A DNA stretch of 64,000 nt, from contig CM059431.1 in the NCBI GenBank assembly GCA_030390025.1, positions 107,882,001 to 107,946,000 of the forward strand. Reading direction: 5' to 3'. Positions 50,065 through 63,819 of this stretch are shown here, in pieces. Position 1 is the first letter of the stretch. The number at the start of each line of letters is the position of its first letter. Origin of the DNA: Squalus acanthias (Eukaryota). Made by a program: the position numbers and the translations under genes. The notes under the pieces were generated by a model, which saw only the letters and a program-made list of their open reading frames with translations, was not told where the DNA came from and did not search any database.

Positions 50065-50455
50065 CAACAACAACAACAAATACTTGTATTTCTATAGCGC
50101 CTTTAACGTAGTAAAATGTCCCAAGGCGCTTCACAGGAGCGATTATCAAACAAAATTTAACACCGAGCCACATAAGGAAATATTAGAGCTGCTTAGTCAA
50201 AAGGGTAAGTTTTAAGGAGCGTCTTAAAGGAGGAAAGAGAGGTAGCGAGGCAGAGAGGTTTATGGAAGGAATTCCAGAGCTTACGGCCTGGGCAATGAAG
50301 GCACGGCCACCAATGGTGGGGCGATTAAAATCAGGGGTGATCAAGAGGTCAGAATTAAAGGAGCGCAGAGATCTCATAGGGTTGTGGGTTTGGAGGAGAT
50401 TACAGAGATAGGGAGGAGCGAGGCCATGGAGGGATTTGAAAACAAGGCTGAAAAT
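50065..50455 (-). mobile_element. L2-type 3' tail fragment
   Basis: Reverse complement similar to 12745-13092; (CAA)n end. Confidence 0.8.
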
Positions 50456-51102
50456 TTTTTAATTGAGGCATTGCTTAATACATAATTCTATGTATGAATC
50501 AGCGCAATTAAGCAGCGTAATCGAACGCAATCGATTCATGACTGGAACAGCATCCTCCAGCATTACAAAGAGAAATGGGATTGCCAAGAAATTAACCATT
50601 GTTCAACTTTTTAAGGTCTTGGTCTTACTTTTTAATTGGCTTGAATTGACTGATGGTCACTGCGGTCTTCAATTAACTAATTACTGTAGCAGAGCCAGAT
50701 GTACCTGTGTGGCTTCAATTGACTGATGGTCACAGTTCTTATGTAGCAAGGGCAGGTCAATGTAACGTCATTTAATGTAATTGCAGCAGCAGCAGGAGAA
50801 ACAGTCCTGGGTCAGGCATCAACTGACTGCCGGTCAGTGCAGGTAGAGGTGATTAACGCTGGAGTCATGCGACCACGGGTGCCTGTGGGCCCGAGTTTCT
50901 GGGCGCAATGTAATGAACCCTCCCGGGCGTGGCCAGTTTGGTGGGCGGGGTCTGCTTCAGGTGAGTGGACTTTTGAACCAGTGTGAAAGATACTCCAGCG
51001 TTAAGTGGGTATGGGCGCATCTCGCTTAGGCTTAAAATTCTGCGTTATTCAGCGCTGTTTCATTCGATTCCGCCCAGATTAAGCTGATATCTGGCCGGAT
51101 AT

Positions 51103-51470
51103 CATGCGGGGCTTGACAGGGTAGATGCAGAGAGGATGTTTCCCCTCGTGGGGGTATCTAGAACTAGGGGGCGTAATTTCAGAATAAGGGGGCACCCTTT
51201 TAAATCGGAAATGAGGAGGAATTTCTTCTCTCAGAGGATCGTGAATCTTTGGAATTCTCTTCCCCAGAGAGCTGTGGAGGCTGGGTCATTGAATATATTT
51301 AAGGTGGAGATAGACAGATTTTTGAATGGTAAGGGAATCAAGGGTTATGGGGAGCGGGCAGGGAAGTGGAGTTGAGGCCAATGTCAGATCAGCCATGATC
51401 TTATTGAATGGCGGAGCAGGCTCGAGGGGCCAAATGACCTACTCCTGCTCCTACGTCTTATGTTCTTATG
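51103..51470 (+). mobile_element. CR1 3' fragment
   Basis: MFPLVGVSRTRG...EMRRNFFSQRIVNLWNSLP...GKWS*. Confidence 0.92.
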
Positions 51471-52234
51471 TAAACTCCACGCCCCCTTGTATTTTCTGTT
51501 ATCAATGCATGCATTTTACCAGTTAAAATCAATACCAAACACGGTGAACCTTGAAAACAAGCATAACGTGACAATAAAACAGTCGGGCAGTAAAAGCAGT
51601 GAAGCCAGTTTACTTGTGTGATTCATGCCATATTTCACAGACTGCTCATACTATTTCTCATATATGACAATGCTGAAATATTTCCAAGGTTTTATCAAAC
51701 AAAAAAAGCTAATACAGAGAGTTCTATCAAAATGGTGCAGCTATGCATTTGCATGTTTCCTCCATTCTTATCCCTATTTAGTGCAACATTTTACAACAAC
51801 CGTATATTTCATTCCTTTAGGCAAACTTGATAGTTAATGGCTTCATGTGCAGTTTTTTTTGGTCTTCTAATACAGTGTCACCTAACGTTGACCCTTTTTT
51901 TTTACAACGCATCTGTACAATGATTTTTCAAAGTTTATATACACACACATCAGTTTGTCCCATATAGCAACTCGATGCACCTGAAACAGTGTAGAAATGA
52001 ACACTCACAATCACAGTGCACAAGTAATTTTACACAATCACAGCTTCACATTATTGGTTTCAAAGAAACATGAACAAGCAGGGAGTCAACACCATAAGCA
52101 CAAAGTATTATAAATAATGCTGTCAAGAGATCATTCTTTGTGTGCAATAATGTATAAAACAGGCAAACGAGCGAAGAAGAAAAATAAAGTGGAAATACAT
52201 GAATAGTAATTACGACTCCCTTGATGGTCCAGAA

Positions 52235-53050
52235 AGTAAATGCACTTGGCAATCCATATAGACAAATAAAGGTCCCAAGTTCAATCTCTATCCGTGCTGG
52301 GTTAGCTGTTTTCAGCTGATGGATGGGACTAGAATTGATGTAAGCAACCCTGGGCTGGGGATGGGACAAATAATCAGACAGGATTTCCCTTCCTGATGGT
52401 TATCCAGGGACTCCTGGAAATTGTGCCTGTGTGGATCATGATGGGTTTCGATAGAGTAAATAAGGAGAAACTGTTCCCACTGGCAGGAGGGTCAGTAACC
52501 AGAGCACACAGATTTAAGATAATTGGCAAAAGAACCAGAGGGGAGATGAGATTTATTTTTTTTATGCAGCGAGTTGTTGTGATCTGGAATGAACTGCCTG
52601 AAAGGGTGATGGAAGCAGATTCAATAGTAACTTTCAAAAGGGAATTGGATAAATACTTGAAAAGGAAAAATTTGCAGGGCTATGGGGAAAGAGCAGAGGA
52701 GTTGGATTAATTGGATAGTTCTTTCAATGAGCCGGTACAGGCACGATGGGCCGAATGGCCTCCTTCTGTGCTGTACGATTTTATGATTCTATAAAGAGTG
52801 ACTACTTAAGAAATGTACAGGATTTCCCTTCCTGATAGCTATCCAGGGAGTCCTGCTGGAAACTGTGCATGTGTGGTTGTCCGTTAAGAACAGGATCAGG
52901 CTAACTGTGATGTATTCCATTGTCAAATAGTCTGATGACCCACACTATTTAGGCTCACTTATGAAGAGGGACTACTGAACAGATGTACTGGGGACCTTCT
53001 GGCTCCCGTAGGTCTGTAATCTATCAAGAGAATGGAGGGAATAAAGGAAG
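52235..53050 (+). mobile_element. Old tRNA-headed SINE (LF-SINE-like) interrupted by a CR1 fragment
   Basis: B-box-like GTTCAATC; CCTGAT..TATCCAG..CCTGCTGGAAA; AGGCTCACTTATGAAGA; family assignment from recall only. Confidence 0.4.
52437..52792 (+). mobile_element. CR1 3' fragment
   Basis: GFDRVNKEKLFPL...QRVVVIWNELPE; ATTCTAT tail. Confidence 0.92.
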
Positions 53051-53435
53051 AAATTTAGGACAAAATGAAAACTTGCAAAAAGGTGAGCGAAGAATATTTA
53101 TTGCAATAACTAAATAATGTTACACTCACGATTTTTTAATTATCAAAGAACTACTAAATGACTGACTCTCTGCTTATTTGCCTTGTCTGTCATTGGGCAG
53201 AAATTAAATGAATTCATTTTAAATAAATATAATTAAGTAAATAAATACATCTATTAAGACAACTAAAACAAAATAAATAAGAGTAAAAAGTTACTATTTT
53301 TAACTATTGGATGACATGATAACTGCAAGACTGTGATCGAAGGTGCTGCTGAGCATGTATATTGCATTCCACACTAATATGTCAGAATTACAGATAACCC
53401 CCTCGTCATAAAATCTTTCCCTTTTCTTTTATATG

Positions 53436-54200
53436 GGCCCAGAAATTCGTCCGAATACGGGAGAGTACGCACTGTGTACTCACCCATATTCGGTCCCGAA
53501 GTGCCGGTTTCCTGCATGCACTGCGCATGCGCGGGAAACCGGCACTTCCGATATGGCGAAGGGGCGGTTCCTAAGTGAACCGCGTGCGCACTACAGGCTG
53601 TGCGCACGCAGCACACTTAGGTTTTTTTTCAGGTTTGAACGCGAAGGTAAGTGTTGAAGATTTTACACATGAAAAAAGCAGGCGTAAGACCTCCTTTTAA
53701 CAAGGTAAGTAGTTAATTAAGTATTATTTTAAAAAATTTTCAACAGGTTTATCTTTTTTAGAGACTTTAAAGAAAGGTAAGTTTATTTTTATAACTTTTA
53801 AAAAGAATTACATTTTTTTCAAAAATTTAAATTTTTGTTTAAAGTGGTTAATTTATTTAACTATAGTTATTTTATTAATGTGATGGGTTTTTTTTAAATT
53901 TAATTGAGGTTTAGCTGTTCTTTTGGGGGCAATTTGTATTCATAGCTTTGACAGCTCTTCCTGTCAAAACTATGAATGAAAGATGGTGTGCTGCCATTGG
54001 CTCTAACTGGCTCACGTGATCCCAGAGGTCGCATCGAACTAACTGCGCCCTCTGGGACAAGCACACACTGCGCGCCGGCACCAGGGAGAGGCCCAGGAAC
54101 TGAAGTTCGTGTGGGCCAAAACCATAAAGGCAGGCGCGAAGTGCGATATCGTGGGGGATCCTTACCCCCGCGGCAACCATCGAAGTCCAATTTCTGGGCC
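53436..54200 (+). mobile_element. Harbinger-type MITE, GGCCCAGAAATTC family
   Basis: TIR GGCCCAGAAATT / AATTTCTGGGCC; colinear with 44033-44761; TSD not preserved. Confidence 0.9.
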
Positions 54201-54829
54201 AGTCTATGGTCCATTTTGAACTTAAAATATCCACAGACACGTGAAAATAACTAGTCTGGCCAGAAGTACTCCAGGGTCAATATCTGAGAGATTCACTTGC
54301 ATTTCCTCCTAGTGCACTGAAGTGTCAGCCAGCAGTCCTGAATTATTATCATATTACCATAAGTGACAATGAGAAACTTCAATACAATGAGCCAAGTGAT
54401 TTGCAGAATGAATTATATGGATGAGCATAAGCTGAACCTATCTCTCTGGGCCACGAATAATAATATAGCTATTTTTGAGTTAGTCACTAACTAAAGTCTA
54501 AAATATTTTACTGATCCTTTATCACTATAATTATTCAAATATGCACAAATAATAATTTTTGCTCAAATATCAATCTAAAAGCTGTTTGTTGACTTGTAGG
54601 TCCAAATAGCTCTTGTTGGGTTTGATCACCAATAACTGGCATGTCAACTTGACTCATTAGGTAGAATCCTGTTACTGGGTCAGAGGTTGTGGCTTCAAGC
54701 CCCATACCAGCATTCAAGCTCACATTTTAGTTGTAGCACTGCAGGAGTGCTGCATTGTTCAAGGTGCTGTGCTGATGATATTAAACTGAGGACCTGCCTG
54801 TCTCTTCAACCAATGCCTCTAAAAAAAAT

Positions 54830-57572
54830 CATAGAAACATAGAAGATAGGAGCAGGAGTAGGCCATTCGGCCCCTCGAGCCTGTTCTGCCATTTAATGAG
54901 ATCATGGCTGATCATCCAAATTCAGTACCCTGTCCCTGCTTTCTCCCCATATCCCTTGATCCCTTTAGCCTTAAGAAATATATCTAACTCCTTCTTCAAT
55001 ATATTTAATGAATTGGCCTCAACTGTGTTGTGTGGTAGAGAATTCCACAGGTTCACCACTCTCTGGGTGAAGAAATTCCTCCTCATCTCAGTCCTAAATG
55101 GCTTACCCCTTATCCTTAGACTGTGACCCCTGATTCTGGACTCCCCCGCCATCGGGAACATCCTTCCTGCATCTAGTCTGTCTAGTCCTGTTAGAATTTT
55201 ATAAGTTTCAATGAGATCCCCTCTCATTCTTCTAAACTCTAGCGAATACAAGCCCAATCAACCCAATCTCTCTTCATACGTCATTCCTGCCATCCCAGGT
55301 ATCAGTCTGGTAAATCTTCGCTGCACTCCCTCCATGGTAAGAACATCCTTCCTCAGATAAGGTGACCAAAACTGCACACAATACTCAAGGTGTGGTCTCA
55401 CCAAGGCCCTGTACAACTGCAGCAAGACATCCTTGCTCCTGTACTCGAATCCTCTCGCTATGAAGGCCAACATACCATTTGCCTTCTTAACCGCCTGCTG
55501 CACCTGCATGCTTACCTTCAGCGACTGGTGCACAAGGACACCCAGGTCTTGTTGCACTTCCCCTTTTCCCAATCTATTGTCGTTCAGATAATAATCTGCC
55601 TTCCTGTTTTTGCCACCAAAGTGGATAACCTCGCATTTATCCACATTATACTGCATCTGCCATGCATCTGCCCAATCACCCAACCTGTCCAAATCATCCT
55701 GGAGTTTCTCTGCATCCTCCTCACAGCACACACGCCCACCCAGCTTTGTGTCGTCTGCAAACTTGGAGATATTACATCTAGTTCCCTCGTCTAGATCATT
55801 AATATATATTGTGAATACCTGGGGTCCTAGCAACAATCCCTGCGGTACCCCACTAGTCACTGCCTGCCACTCGGAAAAAGACCCGTTTATTCCAACTCTT
55901 TGCTTCCTGTCTGCCAACCAGTTATCTATCCAAGTCAGTACCTTACCCCCAATCCCATGTGCTTTAACTTTGCACGCTAATCTCTTATGCGGGACCTTAT
56001 CAAAAGCCTTCTCAAAGTCCAAATACACCACATCCATTGGTTCTCCCTTATCTATTCTACCAGTTACATCCTCAAAAAATTCCAGTAGATTAGTCAAGCA
56101 TGATTTACATTTTGTAAATCCATGTTGACTTTGTCCGATCCTGTCACTGTTTTCCAAGTGCTCTGCTATTACAACTTTTATAATGGACTCTAGCATTTTC
56201 CCCACTACCGCTGTCAGGCTTATCGGTCTATAACTCCCCGTTTTCTCTCTACCACCTTTTTTAAATAGTGGGGTTACATTAGCTACCCTCCAATCCATGG
56301 GAACTGTTCCAGAGTCTATAGAATTTTGGAAGATGACCAGCAATGCATCTACTATTTCTAGGGCCACTTCCTTAAGTACCCTAGGATGTAAATTATCAGG
56401 CCCTGGGGATTTATCGGCCTTCAATTCCGTCAATTTCCCTAACACCATTTCCCTACAAATACTGATTTCATTCAGTTCCTCCCTCTCATTAGACCCTATG
56501 TTCCCTGACATCTCTGGGAGGTTATTTGTGTCCTCCTTTGTGAAGACAGAACCAAAGTATGTATTTAATTGGTCTGCCATTTCTTTGTTCCCCATTATAA
56601 ATTCCCCTGATTCTGACTGCAAGGGACCTATGCTTGACTTCACCAATCTTTTTCTCTTCAGATATCTATAGAAGCTTTTACAGTCAGTTTTTATGTTCCC
56701 TGAAAACTTACTCTCATGCTCTATTTTCCCCCTCTTAATTAATCCCTTTGTCCTCCTTTGCTGAATCTTAAACTGCTCCCAATCTTCAGGTTTGCTGCTT
56801 TTTCTGGCCAATTTATATGTCCTCTCCTTGGATCTTATGCTATCCCTAATTTCCCTTGTTAGCCACAGTTGAGTCACCTTTTTTGTTTTATTTTTATGCC
56901 AAACAGGGATGAACAAATTCTGTAGTACATCCATGCGATCTTTAAATGTTTGCCATTGCCTATCCACCATCAACCCTTTAAGTAACGTTCCCCAATCCAT
57001 CCAACTCGTGCCTCATACCATCATAGTTTCCTTTATTTAAATTCAAGACCCTAGTCTCTGAGTCAACTACTTCACTCTCCATCTTAATGAAGAATTCTAT
57101 CATATTATGATCGCTCCTCCCCAAGGGGCCTCGCACAACACGATTGCTAATTAATCCTTTCTCATTACATAATACCCAGTCTAAGATGGCCTGGTCTCTA
57201 GTTGGTTCCTCGACATATTGATCCAGGAAACCATCCCGTATACACTCTAGGAATTCCTCTTCCACATTATTGTTACTAATTTGGTTAGCCCAATCTATAT
57301 GTAGATTAAAGTCACCCATGATAACTGCTGTGCCCTTATTGCATGTGTCTCTAAATTCCTGTTTAATGCCATCCCCAACCTCAGCATTATTGTTTGAGGG
57401 TCTGTATACAATTCCCACTAATGTTGTCTGCCCCTTGGTATTTCTCAGCTCTACTCATACAGATTCCACCTCATCAGAGCTAATATCCTTCCTTACTATT
57501 GTGTTAATCTCCTCTTTAACCAGCAATGCTATCCCACCTGCTTTTCCTTTTTGCCTGTCTTTCCTGAATATT
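54830..57572 (-). mobile_element. CR1 LINE, 5'-truncated within the endonuclease domain
   Basis: Three consecutive ORF2 fragments (56978-57418, 55258-57000, 54922-55257); (ATAGAAAC)n tail. Confidence 0.95.
55258..57000 (-). pseudogene. CR1 ORF2 reverse transcriptase, 580-aa open segment
   Basis: KSPGPD, SQHGF, YLDFEKAFDKVPH, SGVPQG, KFADDTK. Confidence 0.95.
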
Positions 57573-57609
57573 GTGGCCATTCATCTCATTGCTATTTGCT
57601 AAAGAAAGT

Positions 57610-58058
57610 AATTGCATTCATATAGCACCTTTCACAATCTCAGCACGTCTCAAAGCGCTTTAAAGGTACTTTTGAAGTGGATTCACTGTTGCAATGCAGG
57701 AAACGCGGCAGCCAATTTGCACACAGCAAGCTCCCGCAAACAGCAATGTGATGACCAGATAATCTGTTTTAGTGATGTTGGTTGAGAGATAAATATTGGC
57801 CAGGATACCAGGGAGAATTCTCCTGCTCTTCTTCGAAATAGTGCCACGGAATCTTTTATGTCCACCTGAGAGAGCAGACAGGATCTCAGTTTAACACCTC
57901 ACCCAGCTGACGCCACCTCCGACCGTGCAGCGTTCCCTCACTACTGCACTTGAAGCGTCAGCCTAGATTTTGTGCTTAAGTCGCTGGAGTAGGACTGTGA
58001 ACCCTACAAGCTTCTGACTCAGAGGCGAGAGTGCTACCCACTGAGCCAAGGCTGACAC
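57610..58058 (-). mobile_element. Full-length DeuSINE (SacSINE1-like)
   Basis: Minus strand begins GTGTCAGCCTTGGCTCAGTGGGTAGCACTCTCGCCTCTGAGTCAGAAG. Confidence 0.88.
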
Positions 58059-59061
58059 AATTTGCATCTGTGCCTCAATATAATTAATTGTACAAAGTAA
58101 TGAACTCGATGAGGCGCTGCATAAATGGAAGTGCTATAATAATAACAATGAATAAGAACAAAGATTTCAAAAGTAATCGCAATTTTACCAAAGATCTCAA
58201 GTGTAGGAAATTAAACATAGAACAGTCTGATTACAAAATAATTACTGTGGTCACATTGAGATGGCTTTTCAGAAAGTTATCCTGTGTAAAAAAAGATGAG
58301 TTGATGAAGAAAGGATGAAATAAAGAGAAACATTCCACCGTCATGAGGTTCTAATAAGTCGATAGTTTAATATTGTACACCTTGCTATACTTAATGGTCG
58401 ACATAATGGCTGCACTTCTGGGGAATATGACATGGCATATTAGTACCAAAAACACCCTCAAAGACCTCAGTCTTCTGTCTTCTAAAATTGCTGATTCAAT
58501 ATATCTATACACAGTAATCATAGAGAGACTTGCTGAAAGTTGTCATGTGTGCGCTGTCAGAATTTTTGGTTACAGGAGTCTCATTTGGAATGTTTACTAG
58601 ACAATTCTTTACACAAGTACATTTTTCATAAGGAGAGGAAACCATTCCATTTCCAAATTCCATACATTTTATTTTCTCTCTGGTGGACCAAATCCATTAA
58701 ATTCAAATACTGATTTGGCAGTTTTCTCATTAACTGCTTAAAGTGATTTACAGATGCATTGCAGGATATAGCAATCCCAAAGTCTTAATTTAAACAATAT
58801 CAATGCTGCCAAGAATTTTTAAAAAATTGTCTTGAATTTCTTCTCAGTTTGGTTTTGTGCTGATCGCTCAGATTGTTATGGAGGATTTAGGTTGATCATC
58901 GGCTGCTTCGGATTCTTTCTAACGTCCCTAGATTGTTTTAGTTGTCATCCTGATCCTTCAAAGATACTTCTTTGTCGTAAACAGACGTACAGTTGACACC
59001 TGCCTACAGGCTCCATTGACTGCTAGTGAGAATCTGTGATGAGAAAGTATGTTACAAATAC

Positions 59062-59298
59062 CAGTTCAAAGCAATAGAAGGGAGAGCTTCACGCAATGAC
59101 TGCGGCTTCACATCTTGACAACTACAACACAGGCCCCAGCTCGCCCGATGTTCAGGGATGCTGCCTGTTGGAGGAGAACCAAAAGTCAGTGCATTCACAA
59201 GACTTTGAGGAGACTGGAAACATTGTTTATACATCGCAGCTTTTCTGAGTCCCAAATCAACGTACTCTGCCCAAATATTACTGAACCAAAGAATAGAT
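59062..59298 (-). CDS. Candidate internal coding exon of an unidentified host gene (237 nt, phase 2-2)
   Basis: TGTTTTTTCAG acceptor; stop-free SILWFSNIWAEYVDLGLRKAAMYKQCF...LREALPSIALN; weak GTATTT donor; non-repetitive context. Confidence 0.3.
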
Positions 59299-62200
59299 CT
59301 GAAAAAACATTGCAAACATATTAGTCGGTAATTAGCGGCTGCTAGTTGTAAATAAAATGAAGATAGTAGTCTGGAAATTAATGTTGACTCTGTCAGCAGA
59401 TACTTAAGTCCTTTATATAACACGCCTCTGTCCACTATTTTAACACATTTAATAGAAAGTGTAAAGCCTGCATTAAAATAACAAATAGAGGCATATCATA
59501 GACAGATGTTAAGCATACGTCCTCCAATATCAGCCTCAGTGATTGTTCGCCCAACATCTTTTGAGGGAACTAAGGTCTTGAAATTGGACTCTTCAAATAT
59601 CAGCATACGATGGTTAACGTGATTGCATGAATTTCTTGTATCTGCTAGTTAAACAGCAGCATTACCTTGTGTATTTTAAATGGGTTAGCGCTTCCATTAA
59701 AATAGTGGGCAAAGGAATTCCAATATATTTGAAGAGATGTTAATTCATATGAACATGTTAAGCATTCAAATACCAACATTTTAAAAGCACAGATCAAAAG
59801 GTTACTGACTGTAATATTTATGCAACTGGTAACATTGCCAGCTTAGCACAACTGAGGCCAATGAAGGGTTTGCTCCAAAAACTAATCTATTAGACTTTTA
59901 TTTTCCCAGAGCACTAATAATATGAGAACCACGAAGAATGAAGGCATTAGGAGAAAGGTGCACTCGCTCTCTCTGCATGTCCCTCTCTAAGTTGATACAA
60001 ACTCTAAGCTCTGTATATCCATGTAACCTAAACACATTTAAAATATAGTTACTACCACTCGGAGGGTAGAATTTAAAAAAACAGTTTGCTCCTCAGCATA
60101 CTTCTCATTTGTCCTGCATTACACAACAATGACTACACTCCAAAAATACTTCATTGGCTGTAAAGTGCTTTGAGACGTCCAGTGGTCGTGAAAGGCGCTA
60201 TAGAAATGCAAGTCTTTCTTTCTTTCTTTAATCAAGACATCCCAGGGTCACTTATTTTGCACTGCAATGTGCCTGGGGAATGCTTAGTCCTTGGGTGCCA
60301 AGCAATGGAAAAAGGCATGTGAAGACCTTCAATGCTGAGTCTCCACCTCCTTTGCCTTGCCCTAGGATTCTCAAGCTTTCACCTGAGGGTTTGGGGGGGT
60401 GGGGAGGTGAGAATGGAGTTGTCACAAGCAATCTACTCCCATTCAAATGAAGCAAGAATAATTTATTGGCGCCTTCCACCTCATTTTCCTCCCATAGTCC
60501 AGGGGCAGCCAAACAGAAAGGATGTGCAGAAGATAAAATATGTTATACCTTATATCTAGCTCCACTCAGATTGGTGGATCTAGGAGTCAGTAAGTGGAAA
60601 GAGCCCAAAAATGTAAGTACCTTTTTTTTTTAACCCTCGGACACCTGAGAAGATCTTCGAGGCTGTGGGCCGGCTGGAGGACAGCAGCCCGAAGTCTCCA
60701 CAGCTGCTGGCCCTTAGCATTGCTGTAGGTCTCTCAGACAGTGAGATTTCCACTCCCAATTCTGGGCACAGGCCCCGACCAAGGAGCAGGCCCCCACCAA
60801 GGGAAGTTGGGCCCATTCAATTTACCTGAACCCAGAAATCCAGGTGGGTTCAGGTCACGTCAGGTGGAGCGCACTTCACTTATTTTGTCTTTTTCAAATG
60901 GACAAGATCACATATTTTATTCATATGAACATACAAAAATGACGGGCAGGAAAAGACCAGCTGGACCATTCAGCCTGACCCACACTCACGATGCTTTGAG
61001 CATCATTATTAGACACTTCCAACCCCCTCTAGCAGCTATGCAATCTCCTGGGAGAGGCAAAAAAACGAGAAGAAAAGGGACCAATAAGGGAAAATATTAA
61101 TTCAGGCCACTCAAGGTTCTGTGCCACAGAGAAACAAGTCGATTGCAAATTCCCTTCCAAACACCATTGTGGGACCACCACAAGGATTGTAGCAGTTCAA
61201 CAAGGAGGCTTGTTGAAGGCGATTGAAACCAGACCAGGAGATCAGCAGATAGTTTGCTCTGTCTTAAGAGATTTACTTATCTTTCCTTGCGGAAAAAGTG
61301 TAATCCACTTGATGATAAGAACCTTCAGATAATTTTTTAGATTTATCACTTGCATGAAGACAAATTCAGATTCTTCCGTCACCTTTGAATCAACTTACCA
61401 AGGTAATTTTAAGAAAATTCTCGGGTTTACTATTTATTTTTTATTTATATAAATATTTCCCCTCCCTAACATTCCCTATACTTATTATTCCTACAGAACG
61501 TGCTAACTACAAACCTTAGTTAGCCACTTAACTAATTTGCTGGTCATTCATGGGCAGTAAGGCTACATTACTCATGAACCATTGCTGTACTTGGATACTT
61601 AAATCCAAGCTGGTACTTTAGTAGCTTCCAGTCTGCACCTCATTTCTTAATTACATGGCACCTTCCAAAGTTGGTATTGGTCTAAAAGTTCAGTTGTTTC
61701 AAAATTAAAAAGGTACAACATAAATATCAAAAAAGGTTTCATTCTCCCCTTAGTATGAAGCCCCTCATGCTGCCACTTTTTGTACTGAATTTTTTTGCTG
61801 ATCAGGGCAACAGATGTTGGTGCTGAGACGTCAAGCGCTCCCAGGTCAGATATAGAATGATCAGATGCAGAGTAAAGTTTGCTTAACACTGCCGTAACGA
61901 TGCGTCCCAGGCACGCATTCAGAACAGCGACCCTTGCCGCGCCAACGTGACATTTTCGCCATTTCCCACACCAGCCATTCTATTGTTGTGTTGAGTGAGA
62001 TTGCCAATGAATGCTGAATTAAGGGGCAATTTTGTACTGTGCTCCTTTAGGATTCCCAACTTCTGCTGGGCAGGGAGGGGGTTAGGGGATCTGAATTGGG
62101 GCATTTAATCATTGAAAGTGGCAGCGAGCAAATAAATAGCAGCAATAGGTAATTAAATATCCTTCTCAGAAATAAAACAAAAACAAGCTGATTTATCAGA

Positions 62201-63108
62201 TTATCCCCATTAAGGAGCACCTCATCAACAGTGATTTAAATACATCGGGAAAAAAACCCAGCACCTGTGAATATGTGCCCATAAAGTAATGACCTCATTA
62301 TCCTTGACTCAGTAATTGACTTCAGCTAAAATAGAACAAATGACCTAATTTTTTTTGATTAAGGACTAATTGAGAGAGATTGGCTTTAAACATAAAAGTA
62401 AACATTTTTTTAAAGTACATTCTGGAAAGGATCACCTGAGGCAAATCATGTCAATATTGAAAATGATCACAGGGAGTCTCAGCAATATACTGCGCTGTTT
62501 TGTTGCAGGGAAACCCATTTTGTTCTTAAATTTCCACAAAGAAGCAAAACATTAGCGTGAAATTCTCCAAATGTAATTTAATTAGTACCCGTGATATTAT
62601 TCAACTGCCTCATATTCCAGGCAGCAACATAGGCATAAAATAAAAGTGAAAAGATATTGTATCATAGGACTGAATAATTTTTTAAATTTGTTCTCAAGGT
62701 GTGGGCAACACTGTCAAGGCCGGCGTTTATTGCCCATCCCTAGTTGCTCTGAGAAGGTGGTGGTGAGCCTCCTCGTTGAATTGCTACAGTCCTTGTGGTG
62801 GTCCCACAATGGTGTTTGGAAGGGAATTTGCAGTCAACTTGTTTATCTGTGGCACAGAACCTTGAGCCGCCTGAATTAAAATATTTCCAGTCTGTGCCTG
62901 CACGTGTGCACAGTATGTTTTTATTAATGTGAATTGCCAAAATTATTGAGTGGCCATGACTGAAATAGGACTTTCTGGTTCAAAACCAGGCATGTGTCCA
63001 ACCTGTGCCCATTATAAACTGACTTAAAACTATTCCAATGCATTTTATATGGCTCCTTTGCAGACCAAGAAGAATTTTCTCCGATCAGTCCCAGAAATGA
63101 AAGACCAA

Positions 63109-63756
63109 GGGGGAAAAGCTCGGTGGTGCCCCTTTGGGGTACTAACGTCGCCGGGGTGCTACTTTTAGCACCCTGAAAAAGTTAGTGCCCCTGTGCCGTA
63201 AATTCAGTGGTAACGCCCCAAGCAGGAGGCGGGGCACTACTGGAAGCGCTCCCCCTCCTTCTTGGGGCGCTACCAGTGAATTTTGCGGTGCTACGTGCAA
63301 CAGCGCCACCCGCGTCGGCACGTAGCACTGTGTGATTGCAGGCCTCCCTCCCCTGATTAAAGGGGAGGGGCCTAGCGCTGCGTGCACTGGGACCCTGCTG
63401 GACCACCGGGCAGCGGGGAAAATGGCCTGGCACTCAAGAGGAGTGCTGGGCTGAGCGATTGCAGCTGGCAAACCGAAGAAAAAAGGGGAAGGGGGCAGGT
63501 GCTGGCAGTCGGCTAAAAAAAAATGGCCACCCGACACCTGCCTTTTAAGTAGCGCTGCCGCGGCTGCAAAAACGCCCCCTGACCCTGTCGGACATATCGT
63601 CCGGCGATAGGTTAGGGGGAGCAAGTGGGGCGCTGCATACGGCGATGATGTCATCGCCGGCGGCGCAGCACCACGGGGCGCTACCAGCTACCGCCACTGC
63701 TAATTTTGCGGGAAGCATTGGCGGCGTCGCGCCCGGGGCTAGGTGATTTTTCCCCC
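63109..63756. mobile_element. Harbinger-type MITE (648 bp)
   Basis: TIR GGGGGAAAAG / ATTTTTCCCCC; TSD CAA; inward-facing TTAAAGGG and CCTTTTAAG motifs. Confidence 0.85.
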
Positions 63757-63819
63757 CAAAGTCTAACTCATTGAGGCATTGACCTCTCCCCACCTTTTAC
63801 AATCAGATTTAAACAATGA

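Noticed and set aside
55390..56671. Plus-strand ORFs overlapping the CR1 RT
   Set aside because: Antisense shadows of the ORF2 reading frame
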